A stretch of 64,000 nt of DNA from assembly GCA_965223845.1 (NCBI GenBank), contig CBDCXR010000004.1, positions 5,472,001 through 5,536,000 of the forward strand. The letters run 5' to 3'. Below are positions 37,774 to 46,167 of the stretch, one piece after another (position 1 is the stretch's first letter; every line of letters starts with the position of its first letter). Source of the stretch: Planctomycetota bacterium. Lineage in GTDB: Bacteria > Planctomycetota > UBA8108 > SXIK01. Below the pieces are notes generated by a model. That model was not told the DNA's origin and searched no databases. It saw only the letters and a program-made list of their open reading frames with translations. The translations under genes were made by a program, and so were the position numbers.

Positions 37774-38043
37774 TCACGCTCGGCCGATGACCGCACTCAC
37801 GATGGAGCCGAGTGCGAGCGATCCCGCGATCACGAAAAGCGGCCAGGGCCGCGCCGCGAGCCTGCCGTTTACCTTTCTCGGTATGACGCCGAGGAACGGC
37901 ATGGAGAGGAGATAAACGATGAGCCACAGGAGGTGGATCGGGTTCCTGAACGCGATCCAGACTCCGATCCACGGCACAACGGCAGCGAAACTGACTGCGA
38001 TCATGACGCCATTGAGCGCCGACCATTCATCGCGAATGCTCAC
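37774..38043 (-). CDS. Small membrane protein (89 aa, ~3 TM)
   Basis: GTG start with GGAGGA RBS; three hydrophobic segments. Confidence 0.6.
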   Translation of the reverse strand: MSIRDEWSALNGVMIAVSFAAVVPWIGVWIAFRNPIHLLWLIVYLLSMPFLGVIPRKVNGRLAARPWPLFVIAGSLALGSIVSAVIGRA

Positions 38044-38229
38044 GGTTCTGTCCTCCAGGGTTGTCGCCCGGTCACGCTCCGAGCGAGGCCAACGAGTACG
38101 CTGGAATCGGGGGAGGACGGGATTCGATGGTCTCAAGAAAAATCGTCGGATCTCGACCGTCGCGGGCTGGGCGGCACGCCTCGCGCGCACCTTGCGCCGG
38201 AAGACCTTGTCGCCGCTCGCCGTGTCGCG

Positions 38230-38450
38230 GATGAAATGACGGTCGACGCCGAGGGACGACTCTGGGTGGCGACGAACCTCGGAATTCAGATCCTCGATCA
38301 ACTCGGACCGGTGCACTTCATCATGAGGCACTCGCAGTTCGCGTGGCTCTCGAATGTCGTTTTCGGCGGGCCGGAGCTCGACTATCTCTACGCGCCGTGC
38401 GGGTTGATCCTACAAGCTAGCGACGAGAGGGCGGGTGAGTCCGCGGTAGA
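38230..38450 (+). pseudogene. C-terminal fragment of an SMP-30/gluconolactonase-family gene
   Basis: DEMTVDAEGRLWVATNLGIQILDQLG...WLSNVVFGGPELDYLYAPCG resembles the family DGMxVDxxGxLxV...NxxFGG..LY motifs; no N-terminal part; apparent frameshift near 38410. Confidence 0.65.
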
Positions 38451-38690
38451 CCCAACGCCGATTCGAGGACGGATCCAGGAGAACCGTTCGGATCGGCCGG
38501 ACCGCGGGCGACTGCGAGCGGAGAGCACCAGCTCGCGACTTGAGATGGATTGCCGGTCTCCGTACCTTGTTTGGTGGTGTCGAATCTAAGTGCGCAGTTT
38601 TCGCGTCTCGGATAGGCCGAGTCGTGACTGTGCCGCTGGATCCGAAGGCTCGTAGGCCGACGTTCACCGAACAACAATTGGGGCATCTAC

Positions 38691-40343
38691 ATGACGACGG
38701 CGCAATCTTGCCAGCTGGTGTGGTGGGCCCTAGCTGCCGCAGTTTTGCTCGCAGTCCCTTCTCCGCTGCTCGGGCAACCAGCGGAGCTGCCCGAGCCCGT
38801 CGGCGACCTATCGCCGGGGATCGTTCTCGTCGCCGAGGACGAAAGTGGACGCGGCCGTGAGGTCGCGCGTTGGCCGATCGAGTCCGACTGCGACATCACG
38901 GACGCGAACGGCACCGCGCGCGTCCGCTCCACGGAGTCGGAAGAAGGCGAACCGATTCTCGCGGGCGACGACACGCTCTCAGTCGACGTCGCGCTAGAAC
39001 TCAACTGCGAGGGAGGGGAGACCGTCTCGCTCGAACTCTCACTCGTGACTAAGGTCGCGAACAGAATCATCGGACCGGGCACCTTCCGTCTTCTCCTAGA
39101 CGCTCCAGGGCTCGCGGATGCGGTCGTCCTGTCGCCGCTCTTTCCGATCTTTCTCGTTCAGATCAAAGAAGTGTCTTACCTCCAGAGCCATCCCATTCTC
39201 TCGGACGACGTCCGGGCGCGCGCGCAGGTGCCGTTCGGCCAGCCGTTCACGGAGCCTCAGTGGCAAGACAACTCGGATCCGCTCGACGGCGACGCCGACG
39301 ACCGTCCGCCGGATCGGAAGTTCCCGGTCGGATACACACGCAACGTGCAGCCGACACTCTCAGCGGAATTTCGCGTATTCCCCTTCGCACTTGCGGCCGG
39401 AACGACGGCAAAAGTCCGCGGCACCGCAACCGCCGCACTCATTGGCCCGCTCCCGCTCGGAATCGGCCCCGCGAATGCGAACGTGCAGGGAAACATCATC
39501 CGCATGCCGGCGACACAAACTCAAAACCCGCTCCCGAATCGGATCGAGTATTTCCCCCTCGTATTCATCGAGTGGGAAATGAGTTTCGACGGCGGCCAGA
39601 ATTGGTTCGACGTCGGAGTGAGTGACAACACCTTGTACGTGACGCTGGGAGACCCACTACAAGGGGTTGAGGTGTTCCACACGGCGATTCACATCGGCTG
39701 CACGAACGCGGTGGGAGAGACCGACGCGGACAGCACCGTTCCGAGAGTCTGGGGAGAGTTCGCCGATCGCGACGTGCGACGCGTGAGCGACGACGAGCAG
39801 CTCGGATTCTGGGTCGAGAAAGTCGACTTCCGCGGTCCGAACCCAAACCCTCCAGAGGCGTTTACCGTTGCCGGCCTCCTTCAAAATGCCGACGGGAGGT
39901 GCGGAGCGTGGATCAGGTTCTTTCGATCCACACTGGAGATCCAGGGCATCACGGGTGCGCGCGATGTCGTGCTCTACCCCAAAGATCGAGCGAAGGACTA
40001 CCCGGTCCCGGGCGGGGTATTGAGGGTTCCCGCGGTCGGGCTCTTTCTTCTCGTGAAGGAATGGGATCTGAGAAATCCAAATGCTCCCAAGGACCTCAAA
40101 GGAATTCCCGGACAGAAGAACGACGATCCGCAGTCGAATTTCACCGACCACTCGATCGTTCGGTACGGCCGACACTACTACGATCCGTCCTACGGTAAGG
40201 GCCCGTATCGAAGCACCATAGAGTGGGAAGACGACAACCTCGAAGCGGTGGGGCTCGAGGCTCAAACTCCGGCCGGCGGGATCGATCGGTTCTTGCCGAC
40301 GAATCGACCCGGCGTGGCGGACCTGGACGTAGAGGAGCGGTGA
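38691..40343 (+). CDS. Secreted hypothetical protein with a putative transglutaminase/papain-like Cys-His-Asp C-terminal domain
   Basis: Signal peptide; GRCGAW, FTDHSIV and YYDPSYG occur in triad order. Confidence 0.65.
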   Translation: MTTAQSCQLVWWALAAAVLLAVPSPLLGQPAELPEPVGDLSPGIVLVAEDESGRGREVARWPIESDCDITDANGTARVRSTESEEGEPILAGDDTLSVDVALELNCEGGETVSLELSLVTKVANRIIGPGTFRLLLDAPGLADAVVLSPLFPIFLVQIKEVSYLQSHPILSDDVRARAQVPFGQPFTEPQWQDNSDPLDGDADDRPPDRKFPVGYTRNVQPTLSAEFRVFPFALAAGTTAKVRGTATAALIGPLPLGIGPANANVQGNIIRMPATQTQNPLPNRIEYFPLVFIEWEMSFDGGQNWFDVGVSDNTLYVTLGDPLQGVEVFHTAIHIGCTNAVGETDADSTVPRVWGEFADRDVRRVSDDEQLGFWVEKVDFRGPNPNPPEAFTVAGLLQNADGRCGAWIRFFRSTLEIQGITGARDVVLYPKDRAKDYPVPGGVLRVPAVGLFLLVKEWDLRNPNAPKDLKGIPGQKNDDPQSNFTDHSIVRYGRHYYDPSYGKGPYRSTIEWEDDNLEAVGLEAQTPAGGIDRFLPTNRPGVADLDVEER

Positions 40344-40344
40344 G

Positions 40345-40947
40345 ATGAAGCGTTTGGCCCCCGTCATATCGATCGCTCTTCTCTTCGCCCTCTCCGCGAC
40401 GTCCTGTCGCTCTCGCGAAATACTCTTCGAGAAGCGGCTAACCGACGGAACGCGTATCTATCTCGCTCGCACGTCCTCCACTGAAGAGCGAATCGGCAAC
40501 ATCGTTCCCGGCGTCGGAAGCACGCCCCGAGAAGTGCGGCTCGGCGGTCCGCATCGCGTCGAGAGGTATACTCTTTACGCGCGTGAATCGCTGTTTTCCC
40601 GAGAGATCGTCTGGACGATCTCCGTCGCTGATTCGGTAGCCCTCATCCGCTCCGCTGGGTATCGGTCGACGGTCGACCTTTGGGACGTCCACCTCGGCCC
40701 CGGCGAGGTGCTCTACAGTCTCTTCACCGCGCACGCCCGCACAAACGTCGGGGAGTCTCGCCGCCGCGCCGACGGTACTTGGGCTCCGCTCGAAGAGACG
40801 ACTCTGCGGCGAGAGTTTCAAGGAGAGCAAACGACACGCGGCGAATTCACGACGAACGGCGATCTTCGCGCCGCGATCGAGATCGTCGACGGGCGCGTGA
40901 TGGAGTGGGACCGCACCCCCACCGGCTGGACGCCGCACAGCCCCTAG
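40345..40947 (+). CDS. Hypothetical lipoprotein
   Basis: MKRLAPVISIALLFALSATS-C lipobox-like signal; starts 1 nt after the upstream stop with a GAGGAG RBS. Confidence 0.7.
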   Translation: MKRLAPVISIALLFALSATSCRSREILFEKRLTDGTRIYLARTSSTEERIGNIVPGVGSTPREVRLGGPHRVERYTLYARESLFSREIVWTISVADSVALIRSAGYRSTVDLWDVHLGPGEVLYSLFTAHARTNVGESRRRADGTWAPLEETTLRREFQGEQTTRGEFTTNGDLRAAIEIVDGRVMEWDRTPTGWTPHSP

Positions 40948-41075
40948 CTCCCGCTTTGCCGCGCGTTCTCCCGCCTCCATCTTCGGAATCCTCGATTTCT
41001 CCGAAGGATCGGCCGCTCTCTCGACAATCATCGGATGAGTCGAGTGAACCGCCTCGAGGAGAATCGAAGGACGGG

Positions 41076-41639
41076 ATGCTGAGCGGACGCGAGCGCGACG
41101 CCGATCTGAGACTCCGCGTGCTGCGCGGCGACGTCCGCGCGTGGGAGACGCTCTACGACGCACACTTCGAGCGGTTGTGGCGCGTCGTCCGGAGTCGCGT
41201 GAGTGACGTGCACTCGGCAGAGGATGTCGTTCAAGAAGCGTGGACGGTGGCCGTCGCGAAGATCCGCGAATTTGATCCTGCGCGCGGCGGCTTCGGCGAA
41301 TGGCTCGGCGGGATCGCGATCAACGTCCTGCGCAACCATTCGCGAAGGCGGGCGGTCGCCGAAAACGCCGTCGCGGAGCTCGAGTCCATCGCGGACTCGA
41401 CGGAAGGCGTGGATCGCTTGGTCGTTCAGGAAATCCTTCTCGAATCGTGGGACACGATTCCCGCGCACTATCAGGGAGTCCTCCGACAGAAATACGTCGA
41501 CGGTCTCAGCATGAACGAAATCGCGGCGCGGATGAACGAAACGGTGAAGGCGGTCGAGTCGCTCCTTTCGCGAGCGCGAGCGGCATTCCGCGAACACTAC
41601 GGACGATTGAATCGGGACGGCGACGCGGCACCGAGGTAA
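41076..41639 (+). CDS. ECF sigma-70 factor
   Basis: Region 2 AWETLYD, AEDVVQEAW, WLGGIAIN; region 4 GLSMNEIAARMNETVKAVESLLSRAR. Confidence 0.92.
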   Translation: MLSGRERDADLRLRVLRGDVRAWETLYDAHFERLWRVVRSRVSDVHSAEDVVQEAWTVAVAKIREFDPARGGFGEWLGGIAINVLRNHSRRRAVAENAVAELESIADSTEGVDRLVVQEILLESWDTIPAHYQGVLRQKYVDGLSMNEIAARMNETVKAVESLLSRARAAFREHYGRLNRDGDAAPR

Positions 41640-41644
41640 AGCGA

Positions 41645-42295
41645 ATGAACGACGATCGACGAAGCGAAGAATCGAAGGACCGCTTGAGCGACTCCGAGCG
41701 CGAGGTCCTTATCGGCGAGCTCGGACGTCTCATCGACGAAACGGCGCCCGAAACCCCTCCGGCTCGCGAAGACTTTCGCCGCGAGCTTCGCGAGCTGACG
41801 TCGGCGCGCGTAAGGATCCTGGCCGGACGCTCGAACGGGAGACGAGTTCTCGCCCGCGCTGCCGCCGCGGTCCTTCTCTACGCGGGCGGTTTCGCGACGA
41901 ACGCGCTGCTCTCGAGCTCGGGCGAGGACTCGAGCTCTCCGACTCCCGTCGCCGCTCCGCCCTCCATCGAGACGAGCTCGGCCCCGGCGGACGAGCCGCT
42001 CCTCGCCGTCGAGGAGGCCTCGACCGAGAGTACGAGCGCGCTGCTCGGCGATCTTCCCCCCGATCTCGACGGACCGACGCTCAGCGCCAGAATCCGCCGC
42101 GTCCTCTCCTCCGAGCGCGAGCGCGCCCTCCGCCGCGCCGGAGACGAGTACCTGTCGCCGGAGCGCTCCGATCCCGAATCGGCGCTCCTTTGCTACTCGA
42201 AGCTCCTCGACCGGATGGACCCCGGAGAGGCGGTCGAAACGAATCCGGGCGATCCCTGGCTTCTCACGTATCTAAAGCTCGCGCGCCGAGAGTAA
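41645..42295 (+). CDS. Putative single-pass anti-sigma factor
   Basis: Directly follows the ECF gene; PAREDFRRELR helix, then TM AAAAVLLYAGGFA. Confidence 0.7.
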   Translation: MNDDRRSEESKDRLSDSEREVLIGELGRLIDETAPETPPAREDFRRELRELTSARVRILAGRSNGRRVLARAAAAVLLYAGGFATNALLSSSGEDSSSPTPVAAPPSIETSSAPADEPLLAVEEASTESTSALLGDLPPDLDGPTLSARIRRVLSSERERALRRAGDEYLSPERSDPESALLCYSKLLDRMDPGEAVETNPGDPWLLTYLKLARRE

Positions 42296-42356
42296 TCCGT
42301 TCGCGAAGAATCGTTTCTGTAGTTCGCCCAATCCCTGAAGACTAAAGGAGGCATCC

Positions 42357-43583
42357 GTGTCAGATTCCGAATCACGCGTGATCCGCGGCGCTCGCGCCGC
42401 TCTTGTGATCGCTCTCAGCACGCTGGCTGCACTTCCTGCTTCGGCTCAAACGCCGACGATCGACGACGCCCGCCGCAACGAAGCGAAGCAGCTCCTCGCG
42501 GGAAAACTCCCGCGCAGCCTCGAGGACTTGATCGCGCGGGCACTCGAATCGAGTCCCGAGCTGCGCGTCACCGCCGCGAAACTGCGCGCGGCCGAAGCGG
42601 AGCACAACCAGGCTCGCCTCCGCATCGTCCAGTCCGTCGTCACCCTCTACAATCGGCGCGAAGAGGCGAAGCAAACGATCGACCACGTCATGACCATCGC
42701 GAGGGATACGCGCACGAGGTCCGCAGCCGGTACGGTCGATCGCGCGGCCGTCGCGGCTGCGGACCTCGCCGCCGCCAACGCTCTCGCTGAGCAGGCCAGA
42801 ATCGAAGCCCAGCTCCGCTACGAGATCGGGCTCGGTGGCGCGCGCGGAATCTTGTCGGGAGAAACGAGCTCGGCGGGAAGGGGCGGGATCGCCGGAGCGG
42901 ATTCGAAACGGACGAAATTCGTCCCGCGCCCTCTTCCCGCCCAGCTCGCGGAGCGTCTCGCCCAGCGCCATACCCTCGTCGTCGACGGAACGCCGCTCGC
43001 TGACACTCTCCTCGCGCTCAATCAACTCTCCGGCGTGTCCTTCGTGCTCTCGAGGGGTCTCGCGGAGACCGAAGTGCCGGTGACTCTCAAGTTCGAGAAC
43101 GGGAAGAGCCTTCGAGAAATCTTGAGCGCATTGACGGACGTCGAGCCGCTCGCCTTCGTTGCCCGCGACTACGGCATCCTCGCCGCGCTCCTAGACGAGG
43201 TCGATCACGAAACGGATCTCGTCATCGCCCCGGCTCCGATCCGAGACGGGCCACCGGCGATCTCAAGCATTCTCGCCGAACGCCTAGCCTCAACCCGAAT
43301 TTCGCCGAACGCAGACTACGCTTCCTTCGAAGATCTACTGAAACTCTTCAGCGAGTCGGTGGGCGTCGACTTCGTCGTGTCGCCGGAGGTCGATCTCGAT
43401 GAGATCGCGGGTGTCAAACTGCGGAACGAAGTTCCCGTTTCGCAATTCCTTCGCCTCATCTGCGATCTCAATCCGGAGCTCGTCTTCGTCGAGCGGGAGT
43501 ATGGCGTCTTTCTCCAGCCGGCCGAATCAACGCTCGCAAGCGACACCGTCGTCGCCGCGGCGAAACGGCGAACGAGGAACTAG
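42357..43583 (+). CDS. Exported protein with a TolC-like helical segment and two STN/secretin-N0-like domains
   Basis: Signal peptide ending ...LPASA-Q; SLEDLIARALESSPELRVTAAKLRAAEA; GTPLADTLLALNQLSGVSFVL and ASFEDLLKLFSESVGVDFVV. Confidence 0.6.
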   Translation: MSDSESRVIRGARAALVIALSTLAALPASAQTPTIDDARRNEAKQLLAGKLPRSLEDLIARALESSPELRVTAAKLRAAEAEHNQARLRIVQSVVTLYNRREEAKQTIDHVMTIARDTRTRSAAGTVDRAAVAAADLAAANALAEQARIEAQLRYEIGLGGARGILSGETSSAGRGGIAGADSKRTKFVPRPLPAQLAERLAQRHTLVVDGTPLADTLLALNQLSGVSFVLSRGLAETEVPVTLKFENGKSLREILSALTDVEPLAFVARDYGILAALLDEVDHETDLVIAPAPIRDGPPAISSILAERLASTRISPNADYASFEDLLKLFSESVGVDFVVSPEVDLDEIAGVKLRNEVPVSQFLRLICDLNPELVFVEREYGVFLQPAESTLASDTVVAAAKRRTRN

Positions 43584-43647
43584 ATTCGCACCGAGAACGG
43601 CTGCAAACGCGGCGCGAAGTGGCGCGCGCTCGATCGCGCGTCCGCGC

Positions 43648-44079
43648 TTACTGAAGGACCAGCTGCAGCTGAACCTCCCACCACCCGGTCTCGGGCGAGA
43701 GGTACGGATTCCGCCGAACTCGGAGCGAGACGATCTCGCCGCGCTGCCAATCCGCGAGCGCGGCGAGGATCTCCTCCGACGACTCCGCTTCGACTCCGTC
43801 CACCCCGACGATCAAGTAACCGCCGGGCCAAGGAGCGAGCGCGGCCGCGCGTCCCGGACCGGTCGACCTCTCATCGATGACGCGGCAGGGCACGGCGCGC
43901 CCGCGCTTCGCCTTCGGCACCGCGGCGAGCTCTTCCGAGATCACCTGGAGCCCAACGCGCGCGAGCTTTCCCTCCGGGGAGAGTCCGACCAAAGGATCGA
44001 GTTGGCGGCAAGCGCCGGCGAACACCGTCGAGATCGCGATGACGCAGGCCACGGTAAAGCGAGAGCGGGAATCGTTCAT
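43648..44079 (-). CDS. Lipoprotein with a PDZ-like domain
   Basis: Lipobox-like FAGA-C; GYLIVGVDGVEAES...GEIVSLRVRR. Confidence 0.65.
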   Translation of the reverse strand: MNDSRSRFTVACVIAISTVFAGACRQLDPLVGLSPEGKLARVGLQVISEELAAVPKAKRGRAVPCRVIDERSTGPGRAAALAPWPGGYLIVGVDGVEAESSEEILAALADWQRGEIVSLRVRRNPYLSPETGWWEVQLQLVLQ

Positions 44080-44131
44080 GGCATTCGCTCGATTTCGCCG
44101 AGCGCAGTTACGACCGAGTTCGCGCGCGGGT

Positions 44132-45442
44132 TCACGGACCGTCCTCGCCCCAGTTCGGGACGCGGATCGTGGGCTCGGTCGGGTCCTTCGCCGCGCCTTC
44201 GTTCGCCGCGGACGAACCGCTCACATCCACGAGATCCGACCCGACGGAATAGAGGATTCGCTTCCGGGGCGAGTAACGGAGCGGTCGACCGTCGAACGGA
44301 TCGAGCGGCACCGCAGGGAGATAATCGGGGACGAGGACCTCGAGCCTCTCCGGCAGCCGGTTCTCGGCGAGGTAAAAGGCGCGAAGCGCGAGCACGGCTC
44401 GGGTCGCCCGCACGGCGAAATAGCCATCGAGTCGGCTCTCGACGAGCCGGATGACTCGCGACGCATCCTCGTAGAAACCATCGCCGACCATATTGCCGAG
44501 ACTTCGGATCGGTTTCACGAACGAGGCCCAGGAGCGGTACTCGGTCGAGCCGGACTCGACGTGCTCGATCGCGGCGCGAAACGTCTCGGCGAGCTGGGTG
44601 CGCGTCCGGTTCGGCTTGAGAAAGAGGAGCGACCAGCTCCCGCCGATTTTCTCCGCGGCGGCGTCATCGACCTCGACATCCGAGAGAAACTGAGACGCCA
44701 TCCGGTATTCGTGCCGGAGCGCTTGAACGACCGATTGCGCCTCGACCTCCGCGCCGTCGAGATCGCGGATCGCCTGCCGGCACGCCTCCGCGTCGAGTGC
44801 GCCCACGGCGGCAAGCCGCCGGAGGAGCCGCAACCCGGAATGCTTGATCGTGGCGCCGAAGATCAGCGCGACCATCGATCCGCCGCCTCCTTCGATACGC
44901 CGTCCGAATCGGATCACATCGAGCGCGATCGCGACGGCGCCCGCCGCGTCGCCCGTCTTGTAGCGGTGAACCGCGTCGAGCTCCGCCGCGACGCCGACGA
45001 CGAGCCACTCGCGCAGGTAGTCCGCGGATTCGAAGTCGCTGATGCGCTCGAACACGGGCACCTGGAACTGCGGCTTCGCGCCCGCCGCGCGGAAGAACTC
45101 GAGCGCAGGCGACAGCCGCTCGAGGACGGACTGCGCTTTTTCGGTGTCCCAGAGCGCGCCCGCGCGTTCGAGGATGGTCTCGGGAGACTCCCCCGCGGCT
45201 TCAAGCCCGAACGCCGCGAGCAAGCCGGCCGCCTCATCGTCGATGTCGCCCTCGAGTGTCCCGTTCACCCGCAGAGACGCCCCGTTCAATTCGTCGGGGA
45301 CGGCGTCCGGAATGACGAGAAGATCGACGTCGTTCGGCGGCTCGATGTCCTGCGTCGCGAACACGAAGATCGCCAGGGCTACGAGCAGGAAAACCCAAAA
45401 GCTCGCGAATACGATCAGTCTTCGATGTCGCCGCCAGTCCAC
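44132..45442 (-). CDS. Membrane-anchored hypothetical protein with a C-terminal GspG-like (T2SSG) segment
   Basis: N-terminal TM; LALRAFYLAENRLPERLEVLVPDYLPAVPLDPFDGRPLRY...LYSVGSD. Confidence 0.7.
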   Translation of the reverse strand: MDWRRHRRLIVFASFWVFLLVALAIFVFATQDIEPPNDVDLLVIPDAVPDELNGASLRVNGTLEGDIDDEAAGLLAAFGLEAAGESPETILERAGALWDTEKAQSVLERLSPALEFFRAAGAKPQFQVPVFERISDFESADYLREWLVVGVAAELDAVHRYKTGDAAGAVAIALDVIRFGRRIEGGGGSMVALIFGATIKHSGLRLLRRLAAVGALDAEACRQAIRDLDGAEVEAQSVVQALRHEYRMASQFLSDVEVDDAAAEKIGGSWSLLFLKPNRTRTQLAETFRAAIEHVESGSTEYRSWASFVKPIRSLGNMVGDGFYEDASRVIRLVESRLDGYFAVRATRAVLALRAFYLAENRLPERLEVLVPDYLPAVPLDPFDGRPLRYSPRKRILYSVGSDLVDVSGSSAANEGAAKDPTEPTIRVPNWGEDGP

Positions 45443-45861
45443 TTCGCGTCTCCCGTCACGACGCGCGCGAACGGTGTCGCAGCGCGTCGCGTGCCTCCGA
45501 GATGCGTCCGCGCACGGCGGACGACGAATCTACAACCAGCCTCGCTTGCCCGCCGCCAGACTTCGGCTGACGTGAGTCGCGCGGCATCCCTCCGAGCGAC
45601 GCCGCACGCTCCGATGGCGACCGCCCGCGACATTCTCTTCACAAATCGCGCAATCGAACGGTCGAACGAATTCGACCCACCCAGACTTCCTCGACCGCAT
45701 TCCCCGATTTCGACGCGGTCGCCCCTCCCACGGCCCGTTCAGCGAGCGGGATCGGTCGCGGAGTTAGGGGAACACCGGGCACACCAGCACCCGTCGCGAA
45801 CCGATTCGCGCCTGTATTCGTACGATGTTCCGGCAGGAAACCGCAATACGCCGCATCGAGG

Positions 45862-45885
45862 TTTTTTTTGAATTTGATTTCAAAT
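45862..45885. promoter_or_regulatory. AT-rich overlapping palindromes in the divergent promoter region upstream of the T2SS operon
   Basis: TTTGAA-N6-TTCAAA (45867-45884) overlaps ATTTGA-TT-TCAAAT (45872-45885), after a T8 run. Confidence 0.4.
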
Positions 45886-46167
45886 CGACCACGTCTCAAA
45901 ACGTCATAGTGTAGACGGGATTCTCGCGCAATTGGCGGATGAAGAGCGAACGAACCGGCACCCCCGCCGGGTTGGATCAGCCGCGGGGACGAGCCGCGTC
46001 GACGACCGGCCGGGGTACGCCCGATCGGACGTTCTCGCTGAAGCGCTCCGACGGGTGGCGTCCGACGGGAATCGGCGGCGACGAGATGCTCGCGCCGTCG
46101 CGACGCGCGCGAGGATCAACCGCGACAACGCAGCGCAGGAACGCGGCCGCATCGGGTTGGAGGGTAC

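Noticed and set aside
37933-38589. 218-aa ORF as an intact gene
   Set aside because: Only the central ~60 aa look protein-like (gluconolactonase relic); the rest overlaps a better minus-strand gene or is featureless.
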